The notes under the pieces: generated by a model
Told to the model about the DNA's origin: nothing
The model's input: the letters and a program-made list of their open reading frames with translations, nothing else
The model's database searches: none
DNA from: a virus
Virus record (IMG/VR): IMGVR_UViG_3300025705_000581
Reading direction: 5' to 3' (one strand)
DNA length: 64,000 bases
Shown: positions 8,668-17,566 of the stretch, piece after piece
How positions within the stretch are numbered: position 1 is the stretch's first letter
Layout of the letters: each line of letters begins with the position of its first letter
Program-made: the position numbers and the translations under genes

Positions 8668-9896
8668 TGAAAAAGTTTAGTACATTATTAAACGAGGCTA
8701 AAAACCTGCATATGACCCATGCGGAAGATGCGGTTATTGACGGCGGTGTTATGGGAACACGTAACGTCATTAATCATCTACGAGATATACGGGATATGCT
8801 TGGCGGCACATCAAAATCATCGGTTAACATTAGTGTTAAGTGGGATGGCGCACCTGCTGTATTTGCAGGTACTGACCCGAGTGATGGTAAATTCTTTGTT
8901 GCCAAAAAAGGTATATTCAATAAGAACCCAAAAGTATATAAAACGCATGCTGACATTGATGCGGATACAAGTGGTGAACTTGCAATAAAATTAAAACTTG
9001 CTCTTGATGAGTTTTCAAAACTCGGTATCAAAGGTGTAGTACAAGGTGATTTTTTATATGAAAGAAGTGATATTAAAGAAGATACGATTGATGGAGAACC
9101 GCATATTACTTTCCATCCTAATACGATTGTTTACGCGGTACCAAAGTCGTCAGCCCTTGCTAAAGAAATACTCGGATCCAAGGTCGGTGTGGTCTGGCAT
9201 ACAGTCTATCGAGGAGACTCATTTGAAACAATGTCAGCAAGTTTTGGAGAGGAGATTGCATCTGGACTCAAAAAGGTAAAATCCTGTTGGAGTGTTGATG
9301 CGGTATTCCGAGATCAATCAGGTACAGCTAATATGACAAAAGCTGAAACCGATGCAGTAACACTTGCACTATCGAACGCAGGTAAGTTATTCCGTATGGT
9401 ACCTAAAAAGACATTAGATGATGTTGCTAATAATGAAGCAATCAATCAAAGATTAAACGTATATATTAATTCAAAGGTTCGTGAAGGACAGCGGGTTGGT
9501 AAACCTAAAGCTTTCGTTAAAGGATTTGAGAAATATATGAATACTTATTTTGATAAAGAAATCGCTGAAAAGAAATCACCTAAGGGTAAGGCGACATGGC
9601 AAGGTAAAAAAGATGTTGCTATGAAGTTCTTTAAAACAAACAAATCAAAAGATCTTGAAAATATGTTTACGATGTATAATCACATCGTAGATGCAAAGCA
9701 CCTTATTGTTAAAAAGCTTAACATGGTAGGTGGATTAAGAACTTTACTCAAAACGAGTAAAGGATATGAAGTAACAGGCCAAGAAGGGTTTGTCGCTATT
9801 GATAGATATGGCAAAAACGCATTAAAACTTGTTGACAGATTAGAATTTAGTAAAGCTAATTTCTCAGACAAGTATATCAAAGGGTGGACAAAATAA
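8667..9896 (+). CDS. Conserved T4-like protein (DUF6267-like) with ligase/covalent nucleotidyltransferase motifs
   Basis: MKKFSTLLNE tag; SVKWDGAP (motif I KxDG), VQGDFL (III), QEGFVA (IV), LKLVD (V). Confidence 0.65.
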   Translation: MKKFSTLLNEAKNLHMTHAEDAVIDGGVMGTRNVINHLRDIRDMLGGTSKSSVNISVKWDGAPAVFAGTDPSDGKFFVAKKGIFNKNPKVYKTHADIDADTSGELAIKLKLALDEFSKLGIKGVVQGDFLYERSDIKEDTIDGEPHITFHPNTIVYAVPKSSALAKEILGSKVGVVWHTVYRGDSFETMSASFGEEIASGLKKVKSCWSVDAVFRDQSGTANMTKAETDAVTLALSNAGKLFRMVPKKTLDDVANNEAINQRLNVYINSKVREGQRVGKPKAFVKGFEKYMNTYFDKEIAEKKSPKGKATWQGKKDVAMKFFKTNKSKDLENMFTMYNHIVDAKHLIVKKLNMVGGLRTLLKTSKGYEVTGQEGFVAIDRYGKNALKLVDRLEFSKANFSDKYIKGWTK

Positions 9897-10231
9897 TGGC
9901 ATGGGTAGATGTTCCGGGATCACCAACAATTTTAGTTAGTGGAACACCAACTAAAATTTGGCAATATGATAACGCTCCTACATTGGGAACATTGGTAAAT
10001 GCTAATGCAAAAGTTCAAGACGATCCTGACGCAGGTCAAGTAGATGAATATTATAGAGCAAATGGCGCCGTAACAAATGGTATCAGATCTTTCACACCTC
10101 CAGGTGGTAATACACAAGAAACATATGTAAAATGTAAAAAGGTTCAACCAACTGGAAAAATTTATCCAGACTCTAATACAAATGGACCTTGGAGTGAATT
10201 AAGCAAAAACTATTATGACGGGAAAATCTAA
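9896..10231 (+). CDS. Hypothetical protein, probably virion-associated
   Basis: TAATG-coupled start at 9896; late gene block. Confidence 0.7.
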   Translation: MAWVDVPGSPTILVSGTPTKIWQYDNAPTLGTLVNANAKVQDDPDAGQVDEYYRANGAVTNGIRSFTPPGGNTQETYVKCKKVQPTGKIYPDSNTNGPWSELSKNYYDGKI

Positions 10232-11019
10232 TGGCTATTTGGAACAAATTAACACAAGCATTTTTACCAGGCAATAAAACATTATTCGAAGCATTTATGC
10301 TCGCAGATAAAGATGGTAATATTATTAATTCATTTGGCGCTTCTAGTAACATTCCTATTTCTGCTGGTCTTGTAGATGGATATGGTCACATTAATAAGTT
10401 TGGTGCAACCGACGGTGACGTAACCGCGGGTACTATTTGGGATGGGAATAGCGGTACAGCCGTATATCCATATCCTGCTGACAGTGTTGTTGCTATTTCT
10501 TCAACACAAAACTCAGGCGCCGCGGTTTTAGTTGAAGGTCTTGACGCTAACTTTGAAAGCATTTCAGAAACAATTAATATTGGCTCAACGGGATCTACTG
10601 TATTCTCTCGTATCTTTAGAGCAAGAATGGTTGATACCAATAATGATAAAGATGTATCACTAACTATGGGTGGTACTGTTGCCGCTAAAATTCTTGAAGA
10701 TCAAGCTCAAACTCTTATGTGTGTTTATACTGTTCCTGCAGGTAAAACTGGCTATCTTATGAATATGCAAATGGGTTCAGATAAATCATCAACAAACGCT
10801 TCCACTCAGTATAGCCTAAGAGCAAGAGATACAGATGATGGAAACATATTCCAGATCAAAGGCATTAACTATGCTGCCGGTGGGCAAAACGTTGTTCACG
10901 AATATCCAGTTCCTTTAAGGTTTGAAGAGAAGACAGATATCAGAATTGATGTTGTAGCTGCTGGATCAGGTCAAACATTTGCTGCAACCCTTGATATTAT
11001 GTTAGTTGACAACGAATAA
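10231..11019 (+). CDS. Hypothetical beta-rich protein, probably structural
   Basis: 262 aa, Gly/Thr/Ser-rich, YTVPAGKTGY motif typical of virion proteins. Confidence 0.7.
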   Translation: MAIWNKLTQAFLPGNKTLFEAFMLADKDGNIINSFGASSNIPISAGLVDGYGHINKFGATDGDVTAGTIWDGNSGTAVYPYPADSVVAISSTQNSGAAVLVEGLDANFESISETINIGSTGSTVFSRIFRARMVDTNNDKDVSLTMGGTVAAKILEDQAQTLMCVYTVPAGKTGYLMNMQMGSDKSSTNASTQYSLRARDTDDGNIFQIKGINYAAGGQNVVHEYPVPLRFEEKTDIRIDVVAAGSGQTFAATLDIMLVDNE

Positions 11020-11185
11020 CTCGACAAGTTGTCACAGTTGACACTAGTGAATACCGGCTATACCAAATTGGTAACCGTTATTTACCTATTTCCCTAATAA
11101 ATATATTTGTAAAAAGGATTAAACCTAGGCATACGGTCTAGGATCGGATCATACAACATACACATATATTAGAGGAAACGGAAAA

Positions 11186-11440
11186 ATGTCACAAGCTATC
11201 CTTACAGCTCACAGTTTTTTAACACAAGGTGTTGAAGGTTTCATGGATTTTATGAAATCAGTAAACGAAAAAAGAATTCAGCATAAAGCAATCCGCGAAA
11301 CGGAAAAAGAATTGGGAAAATTGTCAAACGCAGAGTTGGATGATATTGGAATCACCCGCGGAGATATCTACACAATCGCACGTTCTAAAGATACCATTGA
11401 AAATGTAAGAGCAAATAACAATTTGCGGGGTTGGGTATAA
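11186..11440 (+). CDS. DUF1127 (YjiS-like) small protein
   Basis: RETEKELGKLSNAELDDIGITRGDI fits the DUF1127 motif (LxxLsDxxLxDIGLxRxdi). Confidence 0.85.
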   Translation: MSQAILTAHSFLTQGVEGFMDFMKSVNEKRIQHKAIRETEKELGKLSNAELDDIGITRGDIYTIARSKDTIENVRANNNLRGWV

Positions 11441-11631
11441 TGGAAGTAGTAGGAAACACACCAGTAGAAACACCACGCTTCATCCGTAAGTTTGGAAAAA
11501 TCATTGTTGCAATCGGAATGGGTATATGGGCATTTGGTGAAAGTGCAGGACGAGCAAGAGCAGCTGCTGAATTGTCACGTCAAGGATATCACCAAGAAGC
11601 ACGTAATTTGATGTTGGGAGATACAAAGTAA
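11440..11631 (+). CDS. Small hypothetical protein
   Basis: 63 aa, TAATG coupling; hydrophobic stretch then RARAAAELSRQGYHQEA. Confidence 0.75.
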   Translation: MEVVGNTPVETPRFIRKFGKIIVAIGMGIWAFGESAGRARAAAELSRQGYHQEARNLMLGDTK

Positions 11632-11765
11632 TGTTGAAACGTTTTATGAAAGCAATGGAATATCGTTCATACTGTATGGCTATTCGTCAACTGCGCCAAT
11701 GCGGCCATCACCGTGAAGCTAATGAGATTTCTGAGTACAAACATAATATGTATAAAACATGCTAG
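11631..11765 (+). CDS. 44-aa microprotein
   Basis: MLKRFMKAMEYRSYCMAIRQLRQCGHHREANEISEYKHNMYKTC*; TAATG coupling; resembles the previous ORF's C-terminus. Confidence 0.65.
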   Translation: MLKRFMKAMEYRSYCMAIRQLRQCGHHREANEISEYKHNMYKTC

Positions 11766-11821
11766 ACCCAGATCATACATACACAAAACCAAAAGGTGAA
11801 AAGAAAAAAGGCGGCAAGTAA
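11759..11821 (+). CDS. Possible 20-aa peptide
   Basis: MLDPDHTYTKPKGEKKKGGK*; overlaps the upstream stop and is coupled (TAATG) to the next ORF. Confidence 0.35.
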   Translation: MLDPDHTYTKPKGEKKKGGK

Positions 11822-11928
11822 TGCACGGTGATAGAGGTAACGTCAAAATAGTATGGTTGATGTTATTCCTATGCGTATTTTTACACCTTGGCTTAATACC
11901 AGTATGGATGTGGTATTTAGGTTTATAA
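11821..11928 (+). CDS. 35-aa membrane microprotein
   Basis: MHGDRGNVKIVWLMLFLCVFLHLGLIPVWMWYLGL*. Confidence 0.55.
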   Translation: MHGDRGNVKIVWLMLFLCVFLHLGLIPVWMWYLGL

Positions 11929-11940
11929 TATTAAAAACTT

Positions 11941-11948
11941 TATAAATA
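11941..11948 (+). promoter_or_regulatory. T4-type late promoter
   Basis: TATAAATA. Confidence 0.65.
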
Positions 11949-11949
11949 A

Positions 11950-11976
11950 AAAGGTGTTCACTAGTTGGGCACCTTT
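11950..11976 (+). terminator. Terminator-like hairpin
   Basis: AAAGGTGTTCA-ctagt-TGGGCACCTTT, 11-bp stem with two G.U pairs. Confidence 0.55.
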
Positions 11977-11997
11977 CATCATTTTAAAGGTTATATT

Positions 11998-12639
11998 ATG
12001 CCAGTCTTTACAGTTGAAATCAACAATAAAGTAGTTGAGTTTACGCATATACCAAAATGCGGCGGTACATCCGCAAAATGTATGATGCTCGAGGCATCAG
12101 GATTTGATTGGAGAAACTCCCCGGCAAATGATTGGGGATTGCCAATAGGTCAAAGAAAACATCAAAAACAAAATAACAAATTCATGGATCAGCATGGAAA
12201 AGGTAAATTTGGTAACGTAGATTATCGGTTCACTATTATCCGTGATCCTATTAAAAGACTTGTGTCTTGTTATACAAACCGAGTGTTGTTTTATAATAAG
12301 ATGAGAAATCGTGGTTGGGATAATTTTGTTGATAAGTTAGGTAACTATGCAGCAGGTGATATTTCTCACCATTCTTTTCCAATGACGTATTGGCTAGGTA
12401 AAGATCCTAACCGATATGATAAGATCTTTACAGTATCACAGGTTGGCACAGATATGCGTGAATGGTTATCAGAAATTGCAAACACTGATGTACCTGCGCT
12501 GCAGCGACAAGATGGTGGTAGAGAAAAACAAAGTAAAATTGTTATTACTGAAGATCAGATAACAAGAATTAAAAAATACTATAAAAATGATTATGAGAAT
12601 TGGTGGAATGATAAGGTTGTTCCACAGGAGTTTGTATAA
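11998..12639 (+). CDS. Sulfotransferase (family 2)
   Basis: 5'-PSB motif FTHIPKCGGTS; 3'-PB motif IIRDPIKRLVSCY. Confidence 0.85.
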   Translation: MPVFTVEINNKVVEFTHIPKCGGTSAKCMMLEASGFDWRNSPANDWGLPIGQRKHQKQNNKFMDQHGKGKFGNVDYRFTIIRDPIKRLVSCYTNRVLFYNKMRNRGWDNFVDKLGNYAAGDISHHSFPMTYWLGKDPNRYDKIFTVSQVGTDMREWLSEIANTDVPALQRQDGGREKQSKIVITEDQITRIKKYYKNDYENWWNDKVVPQEFV

Positions 12640-13319
12640 TGTATATCCCAGAAATCAATACTTATTTTGTCCATGTTCCTAAAGCAGGTGGAACAAGTGT
12701 TGAATTATTCTTTCTTCGTAATGTATGTGGTTATCCTGACTTTCAAGAAAGAAATATGTTTCGGCAATTTATAACAAAATACGGTGGGCGAATAAATGCT
12801 TCACGGTATCATTTTGGACAACCAACACCTGAAAGATTACCTACTGGTGAAACACAGCATTTATCGGCATGGCAATTGAAAGCTTGGAATGATAAAGCCT
12901 TCACAGGATCTAAATACACATTTGCGTTTGTCCGAAACCCCTATGATAAATTTGTATCTGAGGTTATTTGGAAACGTGAAAGGCTACCTGGTAAAGCAAA
13001 TATAACATTTGAACAGCAGATTAGAGCTATGAAAGCGGAGACAGCGCGGGATAATATGAAAATACGTACTCCACATAATGCACCACAATGGAAGTTTGTA
13101 TATGATGAAAAAGATAATCTTATTGTTGATGACGTATTTAGGCTCGAGGAAATGGGTAAAGCACAAAAGGTTATATCGGAAAAACTCGGCATACCTATAA
13201 ACTTTGGGCATGAAAATAGAACAACACGAAAACATTATAAAGAATATTTGAATGCTGATTTAGTAAAACAACTTAAACCGTTAATTCAAAAAGATATGGA
13301 AGTATTCGGTTATGATTAA
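12639..13319 (+). CDS. Sulfotransferase (family 2)
   Basis: FVHVPKAGGTSV; FVRNPYDKFVS. Confidence 0.85.
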   Translation: MYIPEINTYFVHVPKAGGTSVELFFLRNVCGYPDFQERNMFRQFITKYGGRINASRYHFGQPTPERLPTGETQHLSAWQLKAWNDKAFTGSKYTFAFVRNPYDKFVSEVIWKRERLPGKANITFEQQIRAMKAETARDNMKIRTPHNAPQWKFVYDEKDNLIVDDVFRLEEMGKAQKVISEKLGIPINFGHENRTTRKHYKEYLNADLVKQLKPLIQKDMEVFGYD

Positions 13320-14019
13320 AACGCTATGGATATATTGGAATACAGGAATTAAAGCAGCACCACCAATTGTTCATAAATGCGTTGACAGTTGGAAACACCA
13401 TAATCCTACATGGAAAATAGTATTACTTGATAATACAAATCTTAGGGATTATTATAAAGGCACACAAGATGGGCGTAGTATTCAGGCGTGGTCTGATGTT
13501 GTTCGTATTAACCTACTTAAAGAATACGGCGGAGTGTGGGTAGATGCAACCGTTGCTTGTAATAAACCACTTGATAGTTGGTTACCTGCTCATGCTAAAA
13601 ACGGTTTCTTTGCGTTCCGAAAACCAAAACCTGATACCGAAGTTGCAAGCTGGTTTCTATATGCTGATAAAGATAATTGCATTGTAGATCGGTGGAAATT
13701 ATTGGTTGATGAGTATTGGAAGAACCGCCCAAATATAGATTATCTGTGGTTTCATGGTTTATTTAATAATGTATTAGAAGACCCTGCTTGTCAGGCAATG
13801 TGGAACAAAACTAAACCATGGCTGGCTAATCATAAACCACTTCCTGAAACACCTGACAACCCACACTGGTTTACACCATATAATGCCAGCAGATGGACAA
13901 AAATAAGAAAACAAGGATTGCCATTAACAGGACCTTGTTATAAATTAGCACACGGAACATCTAGGAGAATGATCCAAGAACCTACTATTATGAGGATATT
14001 TAATTATGAAAGTAAATAA
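13312..14019 (+). CDS. Capsular polysaccharide synthesis / GT32-like glycosyltransferase
   Basis: WIYWNTG, CVDSWKHHNP, SDVVRINLLKEYGGVWVDA. Confidence 0.85.
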   Translation: MIKTLWIYWNTGIKAAPPIVHKCVDSWKHHNPTWKIVLLDNTNLRDYYKGTQDGRSIQAWSDVVRINLLKEYGGVWVDATVACNKPLDSWLPAHAKNGFFAFRKPKPDTEVASWFLYADKDNCIVDRWKLLVDEYWKNRPNIDYLWFHGLFNNVLEDPACQAMWNKTKPWLANHKPLPETPDNPHWFTPYNASRWTKIRKQGLPLTGPCYKLAHGTSRRMIQEPTIMRIFNYESK

Positions 14020-14767
14020 GTATTATATAATTTATACTAATGATAACCTATCAAAACAATACGCAAATGATGCTGCCGAGCAATGTAAAAAGCTTGGATT
14101 AAATTATGAGTTATATGAAGGATGGAAACCAGAAGGTGGACCTGGTAAAATGTGGAGAAAGTTTACCGCTGAAACAGGAATTCCAATTAAATCATTTAAA
14201 AGAATGATGATTGGTGCTCATGGTTGTATGGCTTCTCATTTACAATTATGGCAAAGGATTGTTCAGAATAAAGAATGCGCTGTTATATTAGAACACGATG
14301 GGATGATGCTTCATAAAGTAAAGTTGGATATTCCCGATGATAAAATCGTTGCGTTAGGATACAAATATAGAGAATGGGAAGATTATGACTATAAGACTGC
14401 AGGTCAACCCGAAAGAATTAAAGATGTGAAATTTCATCCAGGTTCTCATGCGTATGCTATTACACACGTTACCGCACAGAAAATGATTGATGAAGTAACA
14501 AAGAAAGGTGTTACCGAGGCAATTGATAATCGTTGGTTTATGAGCACTCGGAAAAATTTCACCAAAGTACCAATGGCTATCTGTGATCCTATAGCAGCAA
14601 TTGGGTGGTTAAGATTATCAACTATTCAGGGATATAGTGCTCCTCATAATAATCATAGTGAAATGTTAGAATCTTTTAAGAACAACTTTAAAGGTCAGCT
14701 AAGAGAATCGGTTGTATTACCCAAAGGGTCTGTAAATATTATAAATAGAAACAAAATCAGAGAATAG
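14006..14767 (+). CDS. Glycosyltransferase, GT25-like
   Basis: GAHGCMASHLQLWQRI...VILEHDG; GSHAYAIT. Confidence 0.75.
   Translation: MKVNKYYIIYTNDNLSKQYANDAAEQCKKLGLNYELYEGWKPEGGPGKMWRKFTAETGIPIKSFKRMMIGAHGCMASHLQLWQRIVQNKECAVILEHDGMMLHKVKLDIPDDKIVALGYKYREWEDYDYKTAGQPERIKDVKFHPGSHAYAITHVTAQKMIDEVTKKGVTEAIDNRWFMSTRKNFTKVPMAICDPIAAIGWLRLSTIQGYSAPHNNHSEMLESFKNNFKGQLRESVVLPKGSVNIINRNKIRE
14740..14747 (+). promoter_or_regulatory. T4-type late promoter
   Basis: TATAAATA. Confidence 0.65.
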
Positions 14768-14776
14768 AGGTATCCT

Positions 14777-17017
14777 ATGGCAGACGAAAGCGATAAGGAC
14801 AAAAAGAAAAAGGTTAAAGGGTTCAAAGAATTTGATCCTGGAAACTATATTGATATTGAACCTACTATCAATGAAGCAAAAGTAGGCGAGGTTGTTGTTT
14901 CCTGGGGACGTATGAACCCTATTACAACTGGGCACGAAAAACTTATCAATAGAGTTTTAAATGTAGCAAAATCAAAGAATGCTACTCCTGCTGTATTTTT
15001 AACACATTCTCAAGATAAAACAAAAAACCCATTGTCATATAATGATAAGATCAAATATGCCGAGGTAGCATTTGGTAAAATCATTAAAAGATCAACTGCC
15101 AAGACAATTATTCAATTGATGCAGCAGTTACAAAAGAAATTTAAAAAGGTAACTCTCGTTGTTGGTTCTGACCGATATAAAGAGATGGATACATTGCTTA
15201 ACAAATATAATGGTAAAGAATATAAATTTGATGAAATAGAAGTTGTATCCGCAGGTGCTAGAGATCCTGATGCCGATGGCGTTAAAGGAATGTCAGCATC
15301 AAAAATGCGTGAGTATGCTGTTTCAGATAATATCAAAAAATTTACTACAGGATTACCTAGTAAACTAAAAACAAGCGCGGCCGACATTATGGCCAGCATT
15401 AAAAAGGGTATGGGAATGTCGGAAGAATATGAAGAAGACTTTATCGAAGAAGATGAACTAGACGAAGCTTTGACTCGACAGCAGCGTATTAAACGTGGCC
15501 GTCAAATGCGAAGAATGCGTGTTAAAATGAAAAGAGGTCGGGAAAAGGCAAGCCGCCGCCGGGCCAATATTGATGTTTTGAAAAGAAGATCAAGAAAAGC
15601 AGCACGTAATGTAATTAAAACACGTCTTGCTGGTAATAAACGATATGCTGATATGGAGCCTGCGGAAAAGGAACGTATTGATAAACGTATTGAAAAGATT
15701 TCAAAACAACGTATTGATAACCTGGCAATTAAATTGTTACCTTCTGTTAAAAAGAAAGAACGTGAGAGATTACAAGCACGCCATAAGAAAAATGAGTCTG
15801 TTGATCTGAATGAGATGTGGGGTGCATATGTAACTAAGCGACCACATATGCTTATGGATAAAAACAACAAACCAAAGTTTGATAAACGGTTTAAGATGTT
15901 TAAACCTAAACAAGTTACAGAGATGAATGAGTTTGATATTGAAGATATCGTTGAACTTATGGAATCAGTTGAAAAATTTACCGAAACAGCAGGTAAATAT
16001 TACACAGGTGTTGCTAAAAATAAGAAAGAAGAAGTAGAAATGGACGAAGCACACGATCCTAAACACGTAAAGATGGCGGTAGGTATTGCATCAGATAAAA
16101 GATATGCTGGTGGTAATATGACAGGTGCAGTTAAGCAAATTGATAAAATCAAAAAAGGTTTATCAAATCATCCACAGGTACGTGCAGTTTTAAGAAAACA
16201 AAATGAAGAACTAATTAATAAGCTAGAGGAAGCCATGATGAGCAATCAACTCGACGAATTAACAGCAGCTGAGAAAAAGCTTGTAAATCAAATGTATGAT
16301 AAAAAAGGCAACCTCACACCACTTGGTAAAAAAGTAATGAACCACGGTAAGAAAAAAGGTGATAAAGGTTTTGTTGAATCGTTAGATGATAGGTTTGAAG
16401 CATTCATGGCGGAATCAATTGACGAGGTTCTTGATACTCCAAAAGCAATGGATAGTTATAGAAATAAAGCTAAGTATAGTAAAGATAGAGCTGGCAACTC
16501 GGCGATGGCTACTGTTTTTAGAGGTGATGGCGACGGTAAAAAAGATTTAAAAACAATGTCCAAACGGACAAAGGGTTTAAAAATGGCAGATCGTAATGCA
16601 ACCAAGAAAACAGTTAAAGCTCTCCGTGCTGGTTATAATGAAGATCTTGATGAAGATGCTAAAATGAAAAAGCAATCTGATGATAACCTAAAAAGTTTGC
16701 ATAAGCAATTCAAAGGTCAAGATCAACAAATGCCATCAACTCAACATATGATGAAGCGTATCACTAAAGAAATGAAACGCCGTAATATGAGTGAGTCTGA
16801 AGAAGCAGCAAAGTTAGCATCTGTTGCTAACGGTGGTGTTCAGGATAAAGAAGATAAATTTAAAATTGCATTAAAACGTGTTCGTAATAAAAAATCTGAA
16901 TTGAAAGATGAAAGCTCTTGTGGATCATCAAAGAAAAGAAATGAAGAAGCAGGCGCAGGCGAAGAAGGTACAGCTAAATTAGTTAAAAGACTAAAGAAGG
17001 ATACACCTAATGCGTAG
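14777..17017 (+). CDS. Cytidyltransferase-like (HIGH-fold) nucleotidyltransferase fused to a long modular acidic/basic tail
   Basis: WGRMNPITTGHEKL, KNPLSY, VVGSDR, GMSASKMR in the N-terminal ~215 aa, then modules separated by acidic (L/I/M)xE linkers. Confidence 0.8.
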   Translation: MADESDKDKKKKVKGFKEFDPGNYIDIEPTINEAKVGEVVVSWGRMNPITTGHEKLINRVLNVAKSKNATPAVFLTHSQDKTKNPLSYNDKIKYAEVAFGKIIKRSTAKTIIQLMQQLQKKFKKVTLVVGSDRYKEMDTLLNKYNGKEYKFDEIEVVSAGARDPDADGVKGMSASKMREYAVSDNIKKFTTGLPSKLKTSAADIMASIKKGMGMSEEYEEDFIEEDELDEALTRQQRIKRGRQMRRMRVKMKRGREKASRRRANIDVLKRRSRKAARNVIKTRLAGNKRYADMEPAEKERIDKRIEKISKQRIDNLAIKLLPSVKKKERERLQARHKKNESVDLNEMWGAYVTKRPHMLMDKNNKPKFDKRFKMFKPKQVTEMNEFDIEDIVELMESVEKFTETAGKYYTGVAKNKKEEVEMDEAHDPKHVKMAVGIASDKRYAGGNMTGAVKQIDKIKKGLSNHPQVRAVLRKQNEELINKLEEAMMSNQLDELTAAEKKLVNQMYDKKGNLTPLGKKVMNHGKKKGDKGFVESLDDRFEAFMAESIDEVLDTPKAMDSYRNKAKYSKDRAGNSAMATVFRGDGDGKKDLKTMSKRTKGLKMADRNATKKTVKALRAGYNEDLDEDAKMKKQSDDNLKSLHKQFKGQDQQMPSTQHMMKRITKEMKRRNMSESEEAAKLASVANGGVQDKEDKFKIALKRVRNKKSELKDESSCGSSKKRNEEAGAGEEGTAKLVKRLKKDTPNA

Positions 17018-17282
17018 CTTCAAGCAACATTTAGAAGCATGCTGGTCTGATTACAAACAGGTTGGCATGAAGAAAAAAGGTGACAAGATGGTACCTAATT
17101 GTGTACCAAAGAATGAAAGTATTCCACCTGAAGTTGTGGGTGCGGCAATTGCTGCTCCTATGGTTGCACAAGGTATTAAGCATACCGCAAAAGGTGTTGC
17201 CAAAGCAATTAAAGGTGCTATTAAGGCACGTAGAGCTATTAAGAATACAGGTCAACGAATTGCTGATAAGGTAGTAAAATGA
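17010..17282 (+). CDS. Small putative internal virion protein
   Basis: MRSFKQHLEA tag; CWSDY...VPNCV; amphipathic C-terminus. Confidence 0.7.
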   Translation: MRSFKQHLEACWSDYKQVGMKKKGDKMVPNCVPKNESIPPEVVGAAIAAPMVAQGIKHTAKGVAKAIKGAIKARRAIKNTGQRIADKVVK

Positions 17283-17566
17283 AAACATTTAAACAATTTA
17301 TCTTTGCTGAGCATACACAATGTGGAACACCTGATTGCTGTGGTGAATGTGATACCGCCGTTACCGAAGGTTCAGAAACCTGGGAAGCTGGATATAAACG
17401 CCGTGTTGTAAAAACAACTGATCCTGACCATAAAGAGGCAGGACATAATTGGCGTATTAAAGGTAAAGATAAATCTCATCTTACTATTAAATTATATAAA
17501 GAAAAGCCTTCACAACAAGAATTCAATAAACAAATGAAAAGAGTTGCGGGACACGAGTTCGGATGA
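17279..17566 (+). CDS. Small putative internal virion protein
   Basis: MKTFKQFIFAE tag; CGTPDCCGEC. Confidence 0.7.
   Translation: MKTFKQFIFAEHTQCGTPDCCGECDTAVTEGSETWEAGYKRRVVKTTDPDHKEAGHNWRIKGKDKSHLTIKLYKEKPSQQEFNKQMKRVAGHEFG

Noticed and set aside
11146-11790. GATCATAC/CATACAC repeats near the DUF1127 cluster
   Set aside because: Short, low-complexity and A/C-rich; no consistent structure.
11020-11950. CcsR/cuckoo-type sRNAs that accompany DUF1127 in some alphaproteobacteria
   Set aside because: No CCTCCTCCC loop motifs were seen.
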